64,000 bases of DNA from Deltaproteobacteria bacterium UBA5756 (GCA_002418985.1 DIFE01000081.1:1822-65821); one strand, 5' to 3'. Counted from the stretch's first letter, positions 34,653-45,204 are shown. Translations and numbers: made by a program. The notes: generated by a model not told the origin, from the sequence alone.

Positions 34653-35783
34653 TTAGAATCTGTGGCAGGTCAATTCCCCTACGGTCTTGTCGCCACTGAC
34701 GGTCATGCTGTTGATCACGACCGGCGATAGATAGATGTCATTCAATATCCTCACCACATTCTTGTAGTCCTTTTCCACCAGCGTAAACTTCCACTCCTTA
34801 TCACCTCTGGCTTCAACATCACAAAGGCCCACAATGGTCTCGAAGCCTTTTGCGTTCTGACGTGCGTGTCCCTCCGTCTTCATAGCCGCGGGCACGTCGC
34901 TTCTGCTTTTTGTGAAAACAAGCTCCTTTTCGAAGGTAAAGAGATCTCCGCTCTTCCTGCTTCCGCGAAAGGGATAGAATGATTCGAATTGAAAGGATAG
35001 CGTGCCCTTCAACTCCTGTTTACCGCCCTGACCGCCGGGCAGGAGCCGGAAAGAAGCGCTCTTCAAGGCAATGTCTTCAGGAAGTGTTTCGACATAAAGT
35101 TTATACTTGACCAGGGCTTCGCTGGTTATGAGTATCGACAATGCCCGTATCTCTTCACCGGTAAGGGGTGGTATTTCCCGCTTCACTTCGGCATACGAAC
35201 GCGGCACCGCTGTCTTCTTCGAGAAGGTACCCGTATAGTACAGAAAGGCTCCGGTGACTGCTGCAACGATCAGGAGAATGACAGCCGCCTGAAAGGGCGT
35301 AACCCCGCTTGTCACTTCTTTGAGAAGTTTCTCATAGGGGATAGTGATAAAATCCGGCTCCAGGGAAAGGGATGCATCGCCGAAGATCCCGTCGTACTGC
35401 CTGCCCGCCATGGCCATGAAATTGCCGGGGCTGCTGTCCACGTTGGGCATGTATCGCGTTTCGATGGTCATATTGCCGGCCTTGATCTCCATGAAGACAT
35501 GTTTGCCGTCACCACGGTCAAAGAATCCCGCCAGAACGCTCTTTTTGTTCTTCACCATGTAATAGGCCATGAGATACGCGAAGGATACACGGCGGGACGA
35601 TATCCACCGGTCGCCTGCGCGATGGCACAGTTTCTCCCGCGGCTTGAGCTTTCGTATGGAGATGTGCCCGGCAAAAGGGATGATCCGCGCGCCCCTTCCG
35701 AGCCTGATCATCCCCGGATCGATCATTTTTTGCGCAAGGACATCGAAGACGAGATTGTCGTCAAATTTAACATAGAGTTTCAC
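34653..35783 (-). CDS. Pilus biogenesis membrane protein (R64 PilO-like position)
   Basis: The start was moved to the GTG at 35783 (RBS GGGAGA 6 nt upstream; 1 nt after the secretin stop). It has one central TM segment. Confidence 0.45.
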   Translation of the reverse strand: MKLYVKFDDNLVFDVLAQKMIDPGMIRLGRGARIIPFAGHISIRKLKPREKLCHRAGDRWISSRRVSFAYLMAYYMVKNKKSVLAGFFDRGDGKHVFMEIKAGNMTIETRYMPNVDSSPGNFMAMAGRQYDGIFGDASLSLEPDFITIPYEKLLKEVTSGVTPFQAAVILLIVAAVTGAFLYYTGTFSKKTAVPRSYAEVKREIPPLTGEEIRALSILITSEALVKYKLYVETLPEDIALKSASFRLLPGGQGGKQELKGTLSFQFESFYPFRGSRKSGDLFTFEKELVFTKSRSDVPAAMKTEGHARQNAKGFETIVGLCDVEARGDKEWKFTLVEKDYKNVVRILNDIYLSPVVINSMTVSGDKTVGELTCHRF

Positions 35784-35784
35784 C

Positions 35785-37227
35785 TCATATCTCCCTATCT
35801 CCTTTCTCTTCAACAAAGTTGATGAGAACGGTGAGTTCCGACGTCCTGTCTCTTGAACTGTTGTATCCAAAAAGATAGGAAAGGACCGGCAGGTTGCTCA
35901 ATACGGGTATCCCCACTCGTTTTTTATCGGTACTCTTGATCTTGAAACCCGATATAGCGACCATCTCGCCGACGGACATTTTGATCGGTATCGAGACGTA
36001 ATTGCGCTCCACCTGCGGAAGTTCCATCTTCTCAACAACCTGAAAGCCAAGGAGATTGGAGAGGTCGACGCTGGTATTCACAAGGTATCCCTTCTCCAGT
36101 TTCAACGGGTTGACGGTCATCTTGATGCCAACCTCCATGCTGGACATCTGCGGCGTCGTTATCGTCTGGTCGTTGATGACCTGGATTATACTGCCCGTCG
36201 TGTACCAGACAGTCTGCGACATCTCGAAGGGGAGGATGGCGCCCGAGACTGCCCTCGACTCCCACGAATGGACCACATGAACATCGCCGTATGTTCCCAG
36301 CATCTTGATGAATCCTGCAAAATCCTCATCGATCACCAGCAGGGTGGCCACATTGCTGTCGCCCATCGTCTGCGTAAAATTAACGCCAAATTCAACGGAT
36401 GGGGCCCTCGCCCTGAGTAGTGCATACCAGTTGAGCCCGGTCTCGTACTCATCTTTGTAGTCTATCCGGACAAGAGTGATCTTCATCGTGATGGTCTTGC
36501 GTTTCTTAATGTCTGTCTCGAGCATTTCCCTGACCATTTTGACCCGTGAGGGTATGTCCCGCACATAGACGAAACCGGTTGTCATTGGGGTAACCACCCC
36601 CTTTGTCGAGAGCATTTTCTTTATGCTCTCCATGATCTTCGACATCTCACGGTCTTCCGTTTTTTCCCCCGTCGATGAAGATCCCGATGAACCTGTAGAT
36701 GTCCCCGAATTGGAATATCCGCCGATTGTCGAAGTCTGGGAGGTCCGTGTGAGCGAACGGTTGTTCGATGAAGCAGTGTCACTCAGGGATTCCTTCTGCG
36801 TAACGTACACATCATGAACATTCAGGATGGCCTCCTCATAAGGCGTTACGACATACGACCCTTCGATCACCCTCCTAAAGGCGTAGTCAAGACCGGAGAC
36901 TATCGTCTCGATGGCCTCCTCGAAAGACTCTCCTTCGTAATAAGCACTCACCTTCACTTTCGAGGCGTCGATCTCGCGGTCGATGGTGATACTGGCCCCC
37001 GCTTGCCTTCCCAGGGACAAGAGGGCGTCGTTCAAGGGCACGCCATTGAAATTGAGACTGACCGCCTTTGTGCCCGTGTTTTTCACGACCGCTTCTGACA
37101 GCAGGGCTCTTTTAAGCGCGCCGTCCGCCGCTTCGGCACCGTTGACATCAGTAAGTCCTCCGGCACCCCAAATCAGGGCAAGAACCGCCATTAAAAAGCC
37201 CAACCTGATAATATTCTTTCCCGTCAC
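35785..37227 (-). CDS. Secretin (type IVb pilus PilN/BfpB-like)
   Basis: STN-like N-domain (VSLNFNGVPLNDALLSLGRQAGASI) and C-terminal secretin motif VGIPVLSNLPVLSYLFG. The GTG at 37227 overlaps the upstream stop (GTGA) and has RBS GGAGGG. Confidence 0.8.
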   Translation of the reverse strand: MTGKNIIRLGFLMAVLALIWGAGGLTDVNGAEAADGALKRALLSEAVVKNTGTKAVSLNFNGVPLNDALLSLGRQAGASITIDREIDASKVKVSAYYEGESFEEAIETIVSGLDYAFRRVIEGSYVVTPYEEAILNVHDVYVTQKESLSDTASSNNRSLTRTSQTSTIGGYSNSGTSTGSSGSSSTGEKTEDREMSKIMESIKKMLSTKGVVTPMTTGFVYVRDIPSRVKMVREMLETDIKKRKTITMKITLVRIDYKDEYETGLNWYALLRARAPSVEFGVNFTQTMGDSNVATLLVIDEDFAGFIKMLGTYGDVHVVHSWESRAVSGAILPFEMSQTVWYTTGSIIQVINDQTITTPQMSSMEVGIKMTVNPLKLEKGYLVNTSVDLSNLLGFQVVEKMELPQVERNYVSIPIKMSVGEMVAISGFKIKSTDKKRVGIPVLSNLPVLSYLFGYNSSRDRTSELTVLINFVEEKGDREI

Positions 37228-37862
37228 TGAATCCCTCCTGCATCCGGCGTATACCTTTTTATCCTGCATACAAACCCGTCGGGCGTCAGGAATGTGCCCT
37301 CGCCGCCAGAAAACGCAAGGGAGACCCTTCTTGCGGCTTTTTGCGGTATATAGAGAACGTTGAAACCATCCCGTTCATTCATGATGGTATAGACCGTTCT
37401 GCCGGCGTCGAATGTCCCTCCCGACATCGGGACGACGCGTATCGACGGGACCTCTCCCGCGAAAAGCGCCCTGACTCCGGACCAGACGATCTGCCTCGCT
37501 TTGTGGACCACGCCTTCCTCGCCGGTATTATAGACGGCAACAACTAATTTGGTGCCGGGCGTCTCGAGCGTTTTGAGGGTGAGGCCTTCAGGCAGGGGTG
37601 CCTCGGGTATCTCAAGAATGCCGGCAAGCCTTGTCTGCCATTTCCTGCCTTCTGTTAATGGCGTTCTGTCCTTCCCTGCTCCATCAGACGCAACATCTTC
37701 CGGGACGCCTCGGGCATCCCGACTCTTGACGACCTTCGGTTTTTCGAGAAAAGCGTCTTCCAGTTCTGAAGACACCCCTCGCATCGACAGTGCCTGACTA
37801 TATCCCAGACATGTGCAAAGGAGTATGCCTGCCGCAAACAGGGCCCCCGGAATATGCCTCAT
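37224..37862 (-). CDS. Secreted hypothetical protein
   Basis: The ATG at 37862 overlaps the upstream stop (ATGA). Signal peptide MRHIPGALFAAGILLCTCLGYSQA. Confidence 0.4.
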   Translation of the reverse strand: MRHIPGALFAAGILLCTCLGYSQALSMRGVSSELEDAFLEKPKVVKSRDARGVPEDVASDGAGKDRTPLTEGRKWQTRLAGILEIPEAPLPEGLTLKTLETPGTKLVVAVYNTGEEGVVHKARQIVWSGVRALFAGEVPSIRVVPMSGGTFDAGRTVYTIMNERDGFNVLYIPQKAARRVSLAFSGGEGTFLTPDGFVCRIKRYTPDAGGIQ

Positions 37863-38572
37863 GGCTTCCCCCCTTCCCGGGCTATCGTGACGAGGGCAAA
37901 GGTGGAGCTCCACGAAAGACGCAGAACGTAATGCCGTTCATCTTTGTATTTCCCTTCTTTCCTGAGCCTTGTCACCAGCTTTTTAAGCTGCGGCATCGTG
38001 TCAAACGTCCCGAGGATCTCGCATTTGAGGCCCTCCAGCCTGTTTCTGGCATCCATGAACGCAACAAGTTTCTGCGTTTCATTCACATACTGCTTTTTCG
38101 TTTGCACGAGGAGATTACATTTTTGGTCGACGCTCAGGTCCATGACCGACGGAAACCAGGATGGACGGAATTCGACAGGCGTATAGACACCGGGGATGAT
38201 CGCAAGCCTTCCACCGGCGGCATACCCGCCGCTGAAAGGCACGCGGTCGGACCCTGCCATGTCCAGATCATACGATCGACCCGGTACAACCTTTAGTTCC
38301 GCGCCGCTGACAACAAGCCTCATATTTTCATCGCCTCCCCGCGCTATAGACACGATACCCGATCCCCCTTCACGCCCGTCTGTTTCCACGATCCTGTAAA
38401 GATAGCGTGAATAGGGCCCTGCCGCCTCGGTATCACCAAGGATATTCGCCATGTCACCTGCCGTTGCCGTTGAGAATGGATCATCCGGGCCGTACCCGGC
38501 GTTCTCAAGGCCGCCGCAGGATGCGAGCGCTGCGCTGATGACAAGTGCCTGGAGGAGAAGTCTTAGGTCCAT
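37859..38572 (-). CDS. Lipoprotein, function unknown
   Basis: Lipobox ISAALASC. Confidence 0.5.
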   Translation of the reverse strand: MDLRLLLQALVISAALASCGGLENAGYGPDDPFSTATAGDMANILGDTEAAGPYSRYLYRIVETDGREGGSGIVSIARGGDENMRLVVSGAELKVVPGRSYDLDMAGSDRVPFSGGYAAGGRLAIIPGVYTPVEFRPSWFPSVMDLSVDQKCNLLVQTKKQYVNETQKLVAFMDARNRLEGLKCEILGTFDTMPQLKKLVTRLRKEGKYKDERHYVLRLSWSSTFALVTIAREGGKP

Positions 38573-38588
38573 AGCTCTTTTCCCCCGT

Positions 38589-39743
38589 CTACGGCGTGAA
38601 GTAGATCAGGACGGGCACTCCCTTTTCCATGATGAGGGTTGGGTTTTTTTTCGTTGAACTTTCCACTTTCTTCGACAAACCCTGAAAGATCGTGTCACCG
38701 GCAGCGAGACCGCCTTCCCGCAGGCGGTCGTCACTTTTGGTCTCGCCCGTCACCGTCACGCCTCCGCTGGCGACCTCCACCGTCGTCGTGTCTTTTCTCA
38801 GTGCATTGAGAAAAGAGGATACACCGGCCATGACACCACTCGTAACCGTACCGGCTATATCCTCGTGTTTCACCACCGATACTATGCCGTCGGTTTCATC
38901 TATCGACGCTACATAGCCTTTCATTTGATGGTGCTTGTTATCGGGCCCGATAATTCCGGACACCTCCACATGGAAACGGCTGTCCGTGAAATTGGCTACC
39001 GCCTTACCCACAACCTTCCAGCCTTTCACCGGAATCTCGGTCCCGGTGGCAACAAAGACTGCATTTGTCTGTGCAGAGGTAAAGGTCCTATCCATGACAG
39101 CCCTGTAAGGTTTGTAATAGCTGACATTTGGTCCGTTGCCGCCGGTTGTGGCCCCTTTTTGTTCGCCCCCCTCGTCACCGACCGTTGCCTGCGCTTTGTT
39201 GATGAAACCGCCCGAGGTCTTTCGTATGTAGATATATTCCCATGCCTTTCTCTTTGATTCCTCCGGGCCCCCTTCCCCGCTCTTTTCGCCCCTGTCGTGC
39301 TGCGCCGCCTCATTATAAATACTTCGCTTCCCTCTGCGCCCGGGCATGGACGGACTTAGCGGATCTGAACCATCGGCCTCAGCCACGATTTCGTCAAGAA
39401 GGGGGTCGGGGTCCTTTTTCTTCTTCTTTGAAACGCCGACACCACCGACGTATCCGCCTTTCTCGCTTTCTTTCAGCATTTGTTGCTCTTTTTTGATTGC
39501 ATCACCTATGGTACTTTCAGTCTTCTTACCCTCTTCGACGATTTGAGGCTCTTCGTTCTTCAGCCTCGCTTCCCCGGCGTCCTTCTGTGAATCTCCGGAC
39601 CCATTTACCTCCAATTGAGAGATCCGCGTCTTCTTGGTTGTACTCTTCATAAGCACACCTACGACCACCGACATTACCACCGCCAGTGCGACCACGCCCA
39701 GCGTGATCAGGATTGCGGGTCTCGAAAGTTTCCTCACGGTCAA
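38589..39743 (-). CDS. VirB10/TrbI/TraB-like T4SS channel protein
   Basis: N-terminal TM, a Lys/Glu-rich linker, and a C-terminal beta domain with the family-like pattern (IPVKGWKVVGKAV...DSRFHVEVSGIIGPD...MKGYVASIDETDGI...PTLIMEKGVPVLIYF). Confidence 0.55.
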   Translation of the reverse strand: MTVRKLSRPAILITLGVVALAVVMSVVVGVLMKSTTKKTRISQLEVNGSGDSQKDAGEARLKNEEPQIVEEGKKTESTIGDAIKKEQQMLKESEKGGYVGGVGVSKKKKKDPDPLLDEIVAEADGSDPLSPSMPGRRGKRSIYNEAAQHDRGEKSGEGGPEESKRKAWEYIYIRKTSGGFINKAQATVGDEGGEQKGATTGGNGPNVSYYKPYRAVMDRTFTSAQTNAVFVATGTEIPVKGWKVVGKAVANFTDSRFHVEVSGIIGPDNKHHQMKGYVASIDETDGIVSVVKHEDIAGTVTSGVMAGVSSFLNALRKDTTTVEVASGGVTVTGETKSDDRLREGGLAAGDTIFQGLSKKVESSTKKNPTLIMEKGVPVLIYFTP

Positions 39744-40318
39744 AGTCCCGACGCCACGGGCCTGACTATATATTGCGAACCCGAAAACAGTATTGCGTTC
39801 CCGCCGCGGATCCTGGCCGATCCAACGGTTCCCCGCTTGTCGTTGAAATAGATCGATATCGCTCTCTCGCCATCAGCCTTGACCGCAACCACGACATCTC
39901 CAAGGTCAAGGGGCTCCTTTTCATGGAGGCAGTAGACCACCTTCAAATTATGGTGTGATTGCAGATATTTGTACTCGTCGCGGGAGATCTCGCTCCATTT
40001 CCCGTCGATGACCGGCAAATGCTCGCTGTCAAAGACGAGGGCGACGATTTCACTGCCGCCGTGGGGAGAGAAGATCTCTATTCTTTCCGGAATCTCGTAT
40101 GTGGTGCGCACCTTTTCAAGGAAAGGATCACCGCCGGGAAGAGCCTTTTTTCCTCCAGCAAGTGTCTTCATGCCCAGCAAGAGTTCCCCGAGGGCGTCCA
40201 TAGCGGCGCCACCGGTCCCATGCTTCTCTATCGCACCTGCAGGCGACGTCGTCATCAGGACGATCATGATTGCCAATGAAATCAATACGTGAAGAATGGT
40301 CGGGCCTCCTGTTGTCAT
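39740..40318 (-). CDS. Secreted/membrane hypothetical protein
   Basis: N-terminal hydrophobic segment; 4-nt overlap with the downstream gene. Confidence 0.4.
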   Translation of the reverse strand: MTTGGPTILHVLISLAIMIVLMTTSPAGAIEKHGTGGAAMDALGELLLGMKTLAGGKKALPGGDPFLEKVRTTYEIPERIEIFSPHGGSEIVALVFDSEHLPVIDGKWSEISRDEYKYLQSHHNLKVVYCLHEKEPLDLGDVVVAVKADGERAISIYFNDKRGTVGSARIRGGNAILFSGSQYIVRPVASGL

Positions 40319-40320
40319 CT

Positions 40321-43062
40321 TTATAAGAAATAGCCGTCTGAATCGATCTTTTTCATTACGGCCCCGATATCAATCGATTGTCCGATACTCCCGAGGGGAA
40401 GCATGTCCGCCAGGACCTCCACGGCAACAGACTGTGCCCGCCTTTGCGATACCCCTCTTGACTTCAGCGTTGATGCGACGGTTTCCCTCAGGTAGCGTTC
40501 ATCCTTGTGAGTCGTATATCTCCAGCGCGTTCGCGGGGTCTGTACATTTACGATAACACCCTTACCAATATCTTCGTTGAGCGCCAGGATCTCGGCATAT
40601 TTGCCCGGATAGAATTTGAGCGAGAGAAGGAGCTCCCGCTCTTGATTCCCTAGCCCGATGATCTTCACGAGATTGTCTATGCCTTCCATGGTCGGGTTGT
40701 CGACGGAAACGTGGCGGGTGAAATACTTGTTCGAGGCTGCGGAAATAAAATGTTTACCTTTTTCCGCCACGTCGAGGATGTCCTGCGTCACCAGATACGT
40801 TGCAAGCCCGAGCGTTCTTTGCTGCCTTGCGTCCTTGTCGAGTACGTCGAGGATGGGTTCGCTGTTCTTCAGATTGTGGAATTCGTCGTACACAAATAAC
40901 TTTGGCCTTTTCTGAGCGGCAAGGATCCACTCTATCGAGGTGGCGTTTAGAAAGGGGGGCATCTCGGTGGGAAGGTAGACTGCCTTGCGATATGCGAAGT
41001 CCCTGTAAAGGAGCAGAAGAAGGGCCAGGATTTCCTTTCTCTCACTGACGAGGCCCATGTGGATACAGAATATATCCCGATCCACGGAGAAATTGGTCAC
41101 CCCGTTCAAGAGTGCCGCCTGTTCTCCCTGCGCATACAGGTTAAGGACTCTGCGCATCTCTTCGGCTATCTGCCGGTCCCTGGTATTCGTATTGATGGCA
41201 GGGTCGGACGCAAGGATTCTCATGAAATCATTCAGTGTCGGAGTGGCCAGGCACTGCGCCGTCTCTGCCCGAAGAAAATCCTTCTTGTCCCCTGTCGATA
41301 AGAATTGCCCCACGTAATGGTTGCGGTACTCGATATATGTATCGTATGAGGGAGCCCCGGCCAGCAGCTCTTCCTGGTCCTCGTTCGTAACCTTCACGTT
41401 CCGCACAAGGCGCGGTTCCTCCTTGAAAAGACTGTCGTACATCCTTTTGACCGCCCGTTCCAGGATGGACTGGGTCTCCTTCGCGATTCCCCTTCCATCC
41501 TCACCGAGCATCGCAGTGAAAATGGCATTCAAGGAAAGGATCTTCGAACCCGCGGGCTGTTCAAATCCTACTCTCAAGTCGAACATATTGACCCTGTTGT
41601 CGCTGCTGCCGAAGGCGACGGGGATGAAGCTGCCTCCGTAGTTTGAGACAACGGGTTCGTATGAGGAGGCCTTCGACATGTCTATGACCACAACGACAGG
41701 GTCATACGCCATGGCCCCTGCGATGATCCCATTCGTGAGAACGGATTTTCCACTGCCTGTCGGGCCTATGACAAGTCCCGCCCACCTGTTCTGCCTTGAG
41801 CTGAAAGGGTTCAGGGCCGTGACGCCGCCATACCGGTTTCTCAGCACTATTGCCGGTTCGGTACGGTCGCCCCGGTACATCCCCCGAAGAGGAACAAACT
41901 TCAGTACATCATGACCAAAGACGATGTGCGGATCGTAGCTTTTCGTGGGGCATCCCGGAAGCGACGCGATAAAGGCGCTTTCCTTTCTCATCCACTCGGC
42001 GAACACCCCCGCCCCATCCACTGCCCTGGTCACGGCCACGCGTACGGCCTGGATTTTTGCCTGCAAGTCTTCGACATTCCGGTCCCAGATGAGGTAGCTG
42101 TTGAAACATTTGACCAGTTTCCAACCCTGTCTGGCCCGATCCTGCAGGAGTTCGTCAATGGCGACGATCTTTTCCCTGTTCTCCACTGCCGCGGAGGTTC
42201 TTTTTCCGCTGAAAACATTAGCCATCAGTCTTTGACGTGCCAGGTCCCGCGTGATTCTCGACAGGTCTTCGCACAGAAGGGTGGTATTCATTACCATCGG
42301 GAAATCCACGTTCTGCAGTATCCTGGACCCGCATCCCACCGGGATGCTGTTGGGGATGGTATCCATTACGAGAGCTGCAAAATAGTACCGTCCATTGGAC
42401 AAATAGTAGTCCTTGGAATAGAAGTCGGTATTGAACACCCTCTTTCTGAGAGGCAAAAGCATGCCGCATTCCGATATCTCCATCGATGGCGGCGGGTCTT
42501 CGGGGTTCGCGATCCTGGAGATGATCCGCATCATTCCTTCACCCGTCATATCCCTCACCTCATAGCCAAGGGGCACAAGCGTGTCCTTGAGCATCACCAC
42601 CACCTCACCTAACCGTCTGTCCCGGTTCAGAAAATCGCCTTCATCGAACCCTTTCTTTTTCTTCCCTTCGATCGATGCTTCCGCGTTCAGGGGAACCACA
42701 ATTGTGCAATACAGGGATGTGTCGATAACACCTCTGCCGGAGGTGAATTCCGCTATGTTCTCCCGGGCCATCGATTCAGATACCGGATCGCCGTTGAGGC
42801 GTCTGTATCGATCGAACAGCTCATCAAGATCACGGCTGAAGTATGTTGTGAACTGCACGAAAACATTCTGCGCGGTGATATTCTTGAGGAGTTCGGCACA
42901 GGTGTTGACTTCCATTTCCATGACCGACCTGTCTATCCCGTCGGCACCGGTCTGGACGATCTCAAAGCCCCTGGCCTTTTCGAAGTTTTCAAGAACAAGA
43001 TAATCGCTGCCGATCATGTTGATCGGTATGCGCCGGTAGAACGGAGAAGATCTCCGAAACAT
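40321..43062 (-). CDS. VirB4/TraC/DotO-like T4SS ATPase
   Basis: Walker A GPTGSGKSV and Walker B LFVYDEFHNL; about 913 aa. The start was moved to the ATG at 43062 (RBS AGGAGA 7 nt upstream, after the upstream TAG). Confidence 0.85.
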   Translation of the reverse strand: MFRRSSPFYRRIPINMIGSDYLVLENFEKARGFEIVQTGADGIDRSVMEMEVNTCAELLKNITAQNVFVQFTTYFSRDLDELFDRYRRLNGDPVSESMARENIAEFTSGRGVIDTSLYCTIVVPLNAEASIEGKKKKGFDEGDFLNRDRRLGEVVVMLKDTLVPLGYEVRDMTGEGMMRIISRIANPEDPPPSMEISECGMLLPLRKRVFNTDFYSKDYYLSNGRYYFAALVMDTIPNSIPVGCGSRILQNVDFPMVMNTTLLCEDLSRITRDLARQRLMANVFSGKRTSAAVENREKIVAIDELLQDRARQGWKLVKCFNSYLIWDRNVEDLQAKIQAVRVAVTRAVDGAGVFAEWMRKESAFIASLPGCPTKSYDPHIVFGHDVLKFVPLRGMYRGDRTEPAIVLRNRYGGVTALNPFSSRQNRWAGLVIGPTGSGKSVLTNGIIAGAMAYDPVVVVIDMSKASSYEPVVSNYGGSFIPVAFGSSDNRVNMFDLRVGFEQPAGSKILSLNAIFTAMLGEDGRGIAKETQSILERAVKRMYDSLFKEEPRLVRNVKVTNEDQEELLAGAPSYDTYIEYRNHYVGQFLSTGDKKDFLRAETAQCLATPTLNDFMRILASDPAINTNTRDRQIAEEMRRVLNLYAQGEQAALLNGVTNFSVDRDIFCIHMGLVSERKEILALLLLLYRDFAYRKAVYLPTEMPPFLNATSIEWILAAQKRPKLFVYDEFHNLKNSEPILDVLDKDARQQRTLGLATYLVTQDILDVAEKGKHFISAASNKYFTRHVSVDNPTMEGIDNLVKIIGLGNQERELLLSLKFYPGKYAEILALNEDIGKGVIVNVQTPRTRWRYTTHKDERYLRETVASTLKSRGVSQRRAQSVAVEVLADMLPLGSIGQSIDIGAVMKKIDSDGYFL

Positions 43063-43075
43063 CAGTCCATCTCCT

Positions 43076-44572
43076 CTAGAACCCCTCGGGCAATCCGTTG
43101 TCCTCGGCATACCGGATGACATCGGGATCTTCCGTGCCCAGTGATTCGGTCATGGCCCGAAGGGCCAGGAGCCTGAGCCTCTGATTCTCCAGGCACAGGA
43201 GGTAATAATTGAAGCGCGCCAGGTCCTTCCACGCCATGTCCTCGTAGTTGCCGTCGATGGCTCCCGGGTCAAATCCCGACAGTCCGGCCCTGATGGCTGA
43301 GGCCGTCTCCAGTGACGCCCGGGCAACCAGGTAGTGTTTGACCGCCAGTCTTCTTCGCAGCAACGATGAGTTCCTTCCGGCGAGGAGGACCGTTATTTTT
43401 TTCACACTTTCTTCGTCAAGCAGGGATGCCCTGATTTTCTCCATGGCGACGGTTCCAACCTGCCGGCTGTCTCGAAGGAGTTCATAGACCTCTTTTTCAA
43501 TCCCGGCATAAAGGCGGTTTGCGGAGCCCTCTTTTTCTTTCTCCAATGCCATCTCCCTGTTGATGGACGAAAGGGCCGAGGCAATCGCACTCTTCATTTT
43601 TGCGGTCAACGAGATGCTGGTCTGAAGAGCAAGATCGTCAAGCGTGCCCGTGGCAGATCGGATGTGGTCCGATACCGTGCCCGCAGCCGCCTTGTTCACG
43701 CTTTCGATGATCCCGGCAATTTCCTTATCGGAGAGAGAGGCTTTGCCTTCCAGGGTGCGAACTTTATCGATCCTTGCCTTGAGATAATCGTTGCAGGAAC
43801 TGCGAAAATCCCCGTTTATAGAATCCGCAATAGCAATCGCGGCGATCCCGGCCATATTCTTGAGGCCGCCCCTCGTGTGCGCGAGGCACTCCTCGAGCAT
43901 CTGCCGGGTGTTGCCGTTACTCCCCGCCGTTTGCTTCCCCTGGATTCCATCGGTAATATCCATTTTCCCGGCAAGCACTGTCATCCGGGAGAGTAATTCT
44001 GCCGACGCCGGCAAAAACTCAGCCGCCATTGTCTGGAAATCCTTGACCTGGTTCGCGTAAGTCCCGACGGTTTGCCGGGAATTAAGGAATTCCTTCCCGT
44101 AGTCGGCAAGGATACTGCCAATCTGTTTCTCTTCAAGTCCACACTGCTTCAGTTCCTGACGCAAGACCGTGAATACGGCCTTATTAAGGCGGTTCGTGAA
44201 CGCTTCGACACTCATACCCGACCTGGCGTAATTCAGCTGCGAATTGAGACCCGTATTGACGGGATCGCTGCCGGGAAGCTTCAGATCGGTGGCCTTCCGA
44301 AGGCCTCCTTCCATCGCCCTCAAATTGCCGGGCATAAACTCAAGGTTCAGCTTCTCCGAAAGGGAGAGTTTCAGCTCCGTAATAAGACGGTCCTGTATGA
44401 GATTCTTGAGTAACGCTGAAAAATATCCGTAATTCGTTACGCCGATAACGGGTGAACACTTGACGTAGCAGCCGCCCTGACCGGGAATGAAGACGGCGCA
44501 AATGATGATGCCCACCGCCGCGGCGAGAGATGCGAGAAGCAGTACTCGCTTATTGACACGAACCCGGTTCAT
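43076..44572 (-). CDS. Secreted alpha-helical protein, paralogue 3 of a tandem triad (VirB5/TrbJ-like?)
   Basis: Signal/TM N-terminus. It shares N-terminal (VTNYGYFSALLKNLIQDRLITELK) and C-terminal (GFDPGAIDGN...WKDLARFNYY) modules with 45205-45960. Confidence 0.45.
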   Translation of the reverse strand: MNRVRVNKRVLLLASLAAAVGIIICAVFIPGQGGCYVKCSPVIGVTNYGYFSALLKNLIQDRLITELKLSLSEKLNLEFMPGNLRAMEGGLRKATDLKLPGSDPVNTGLNSQLNYARSGMSVEAFTNRLNKAVFTVLRQELKQCGLEEKQIGSILADYGKEFLNSRQTVGTYANQVKDFQTMAAEFLPASAELLSRMTVLAGKMDITDGIQGKQTAGSNGNTRQMLEECLAHTRGGLKNMAGIAAIAIADSINGDFRSSCNDYLKARIDKVRTLEGKASLSDKEIAGIIESVNKAAAGTVSDHIRSATGTLDDLALQTSISLTAKMKSAIASALSSINREMALEKEKEGSANRLYAGIEKEVYELLRDSRQVGTVAMEKIRASLLDEESVKKITVLLAGRNSSLLRRRLAVKHYLVARASLETASAIRAGLSGFDPGAIDGNYEDMAWKDLARFNYYLLCLENQRLRLLALRAMTESLGTEDPDVIRYAEDNGLPEGF

Positions 44573-44575
44573 TTT

Positions 44576-45202
44576 CTACTGATCCCCCTCAAGAGCATCC
44601 ATCATTTTCAAAAGGGATAGCAGCCTGAGTTCCTGCGCCTGAATCAGGCCCCGGGTAAGGGCAAGCTTTGCGGCATCTTTCCGTGCCTGGCGCCCGGAGG
44701 AAAAGTCGAAGGCTGTGGGCGCAAAATTCCCCAGCGCCTTCTCCACCCGGGAGGCTCTGGATAAGGCTTTTTTTCCTTCGGCGTAGGTCATCAGGGCCGT
44801 TGTGGCTTTCATTACCCGCATCTTCGCACCGGTCAGCTCTCTGATACCCGGGTTCTTGAGATTGATACGCCGGGCAGCTTTTTCGATCCTCCTCAGAACA
44901 TCTGAAACCACCGCTTCATCGGAGGTTCTCAAGATATCCGACAGCTCAGAAGCCTGTCGGAAAACACCTTTTGTGATCTTCTGCTTCAGCAGAATGTTGC
45001 GGCGTTCCTGAAGATAGCCGCAGTATGGATCCTTGAACGACGCAGCCCATTGCTGCGCCATCTGGCCCACGGTCGCGTCAGTGGCGACGGGACATGGTGG
45101 AATGACCGCGGATGAGTTGCCGGTAAGAACAATCGCCAGAACTGCCGAGGCAAGAACAATAATAACGAGAGTCCTTGAACGTGCGGGCAAACCGTGATCC
45201 AT
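44576..45202 (-). CDS. Secreted alpha-helical protein, paralogue 2 of the triad
   Basis: Signal peptide. The C-terminal module FDFSSGRQARKDAAKLALTRG...LRLLSLL is related to its neighbours. Confidence 0.45.
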   Translation of the reverse strand: MDHGLPARSRTLVIIVLASAVLAIVLTGNSSAVIPPCPVATDATVGQMAQQWAASFKDPYCGYLQERRNILLKQKITKGVFRQASELSDILRTSDEAVVSDVLRRIEKAARRINLKNPGIRELTGAKMRVMKATTALMTYAEGKKALSRASRVEKALGNFAPTAFDFSSGRQARKDAAKLALTRGLIQAQELRLLSLLKMMDALEGDQ

Positions 45203-45204
45203 CG

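Noticed and set aside
41911-42612. 233-aa plus-strand ORF (also 51996-52877, 53334-53840, 32912-33640)
   Set aside because: These are antisense to the VirB4-like, VirB9/VirB8-like, coupling-protein and PilB-like genes respectively. All are shadow frames.
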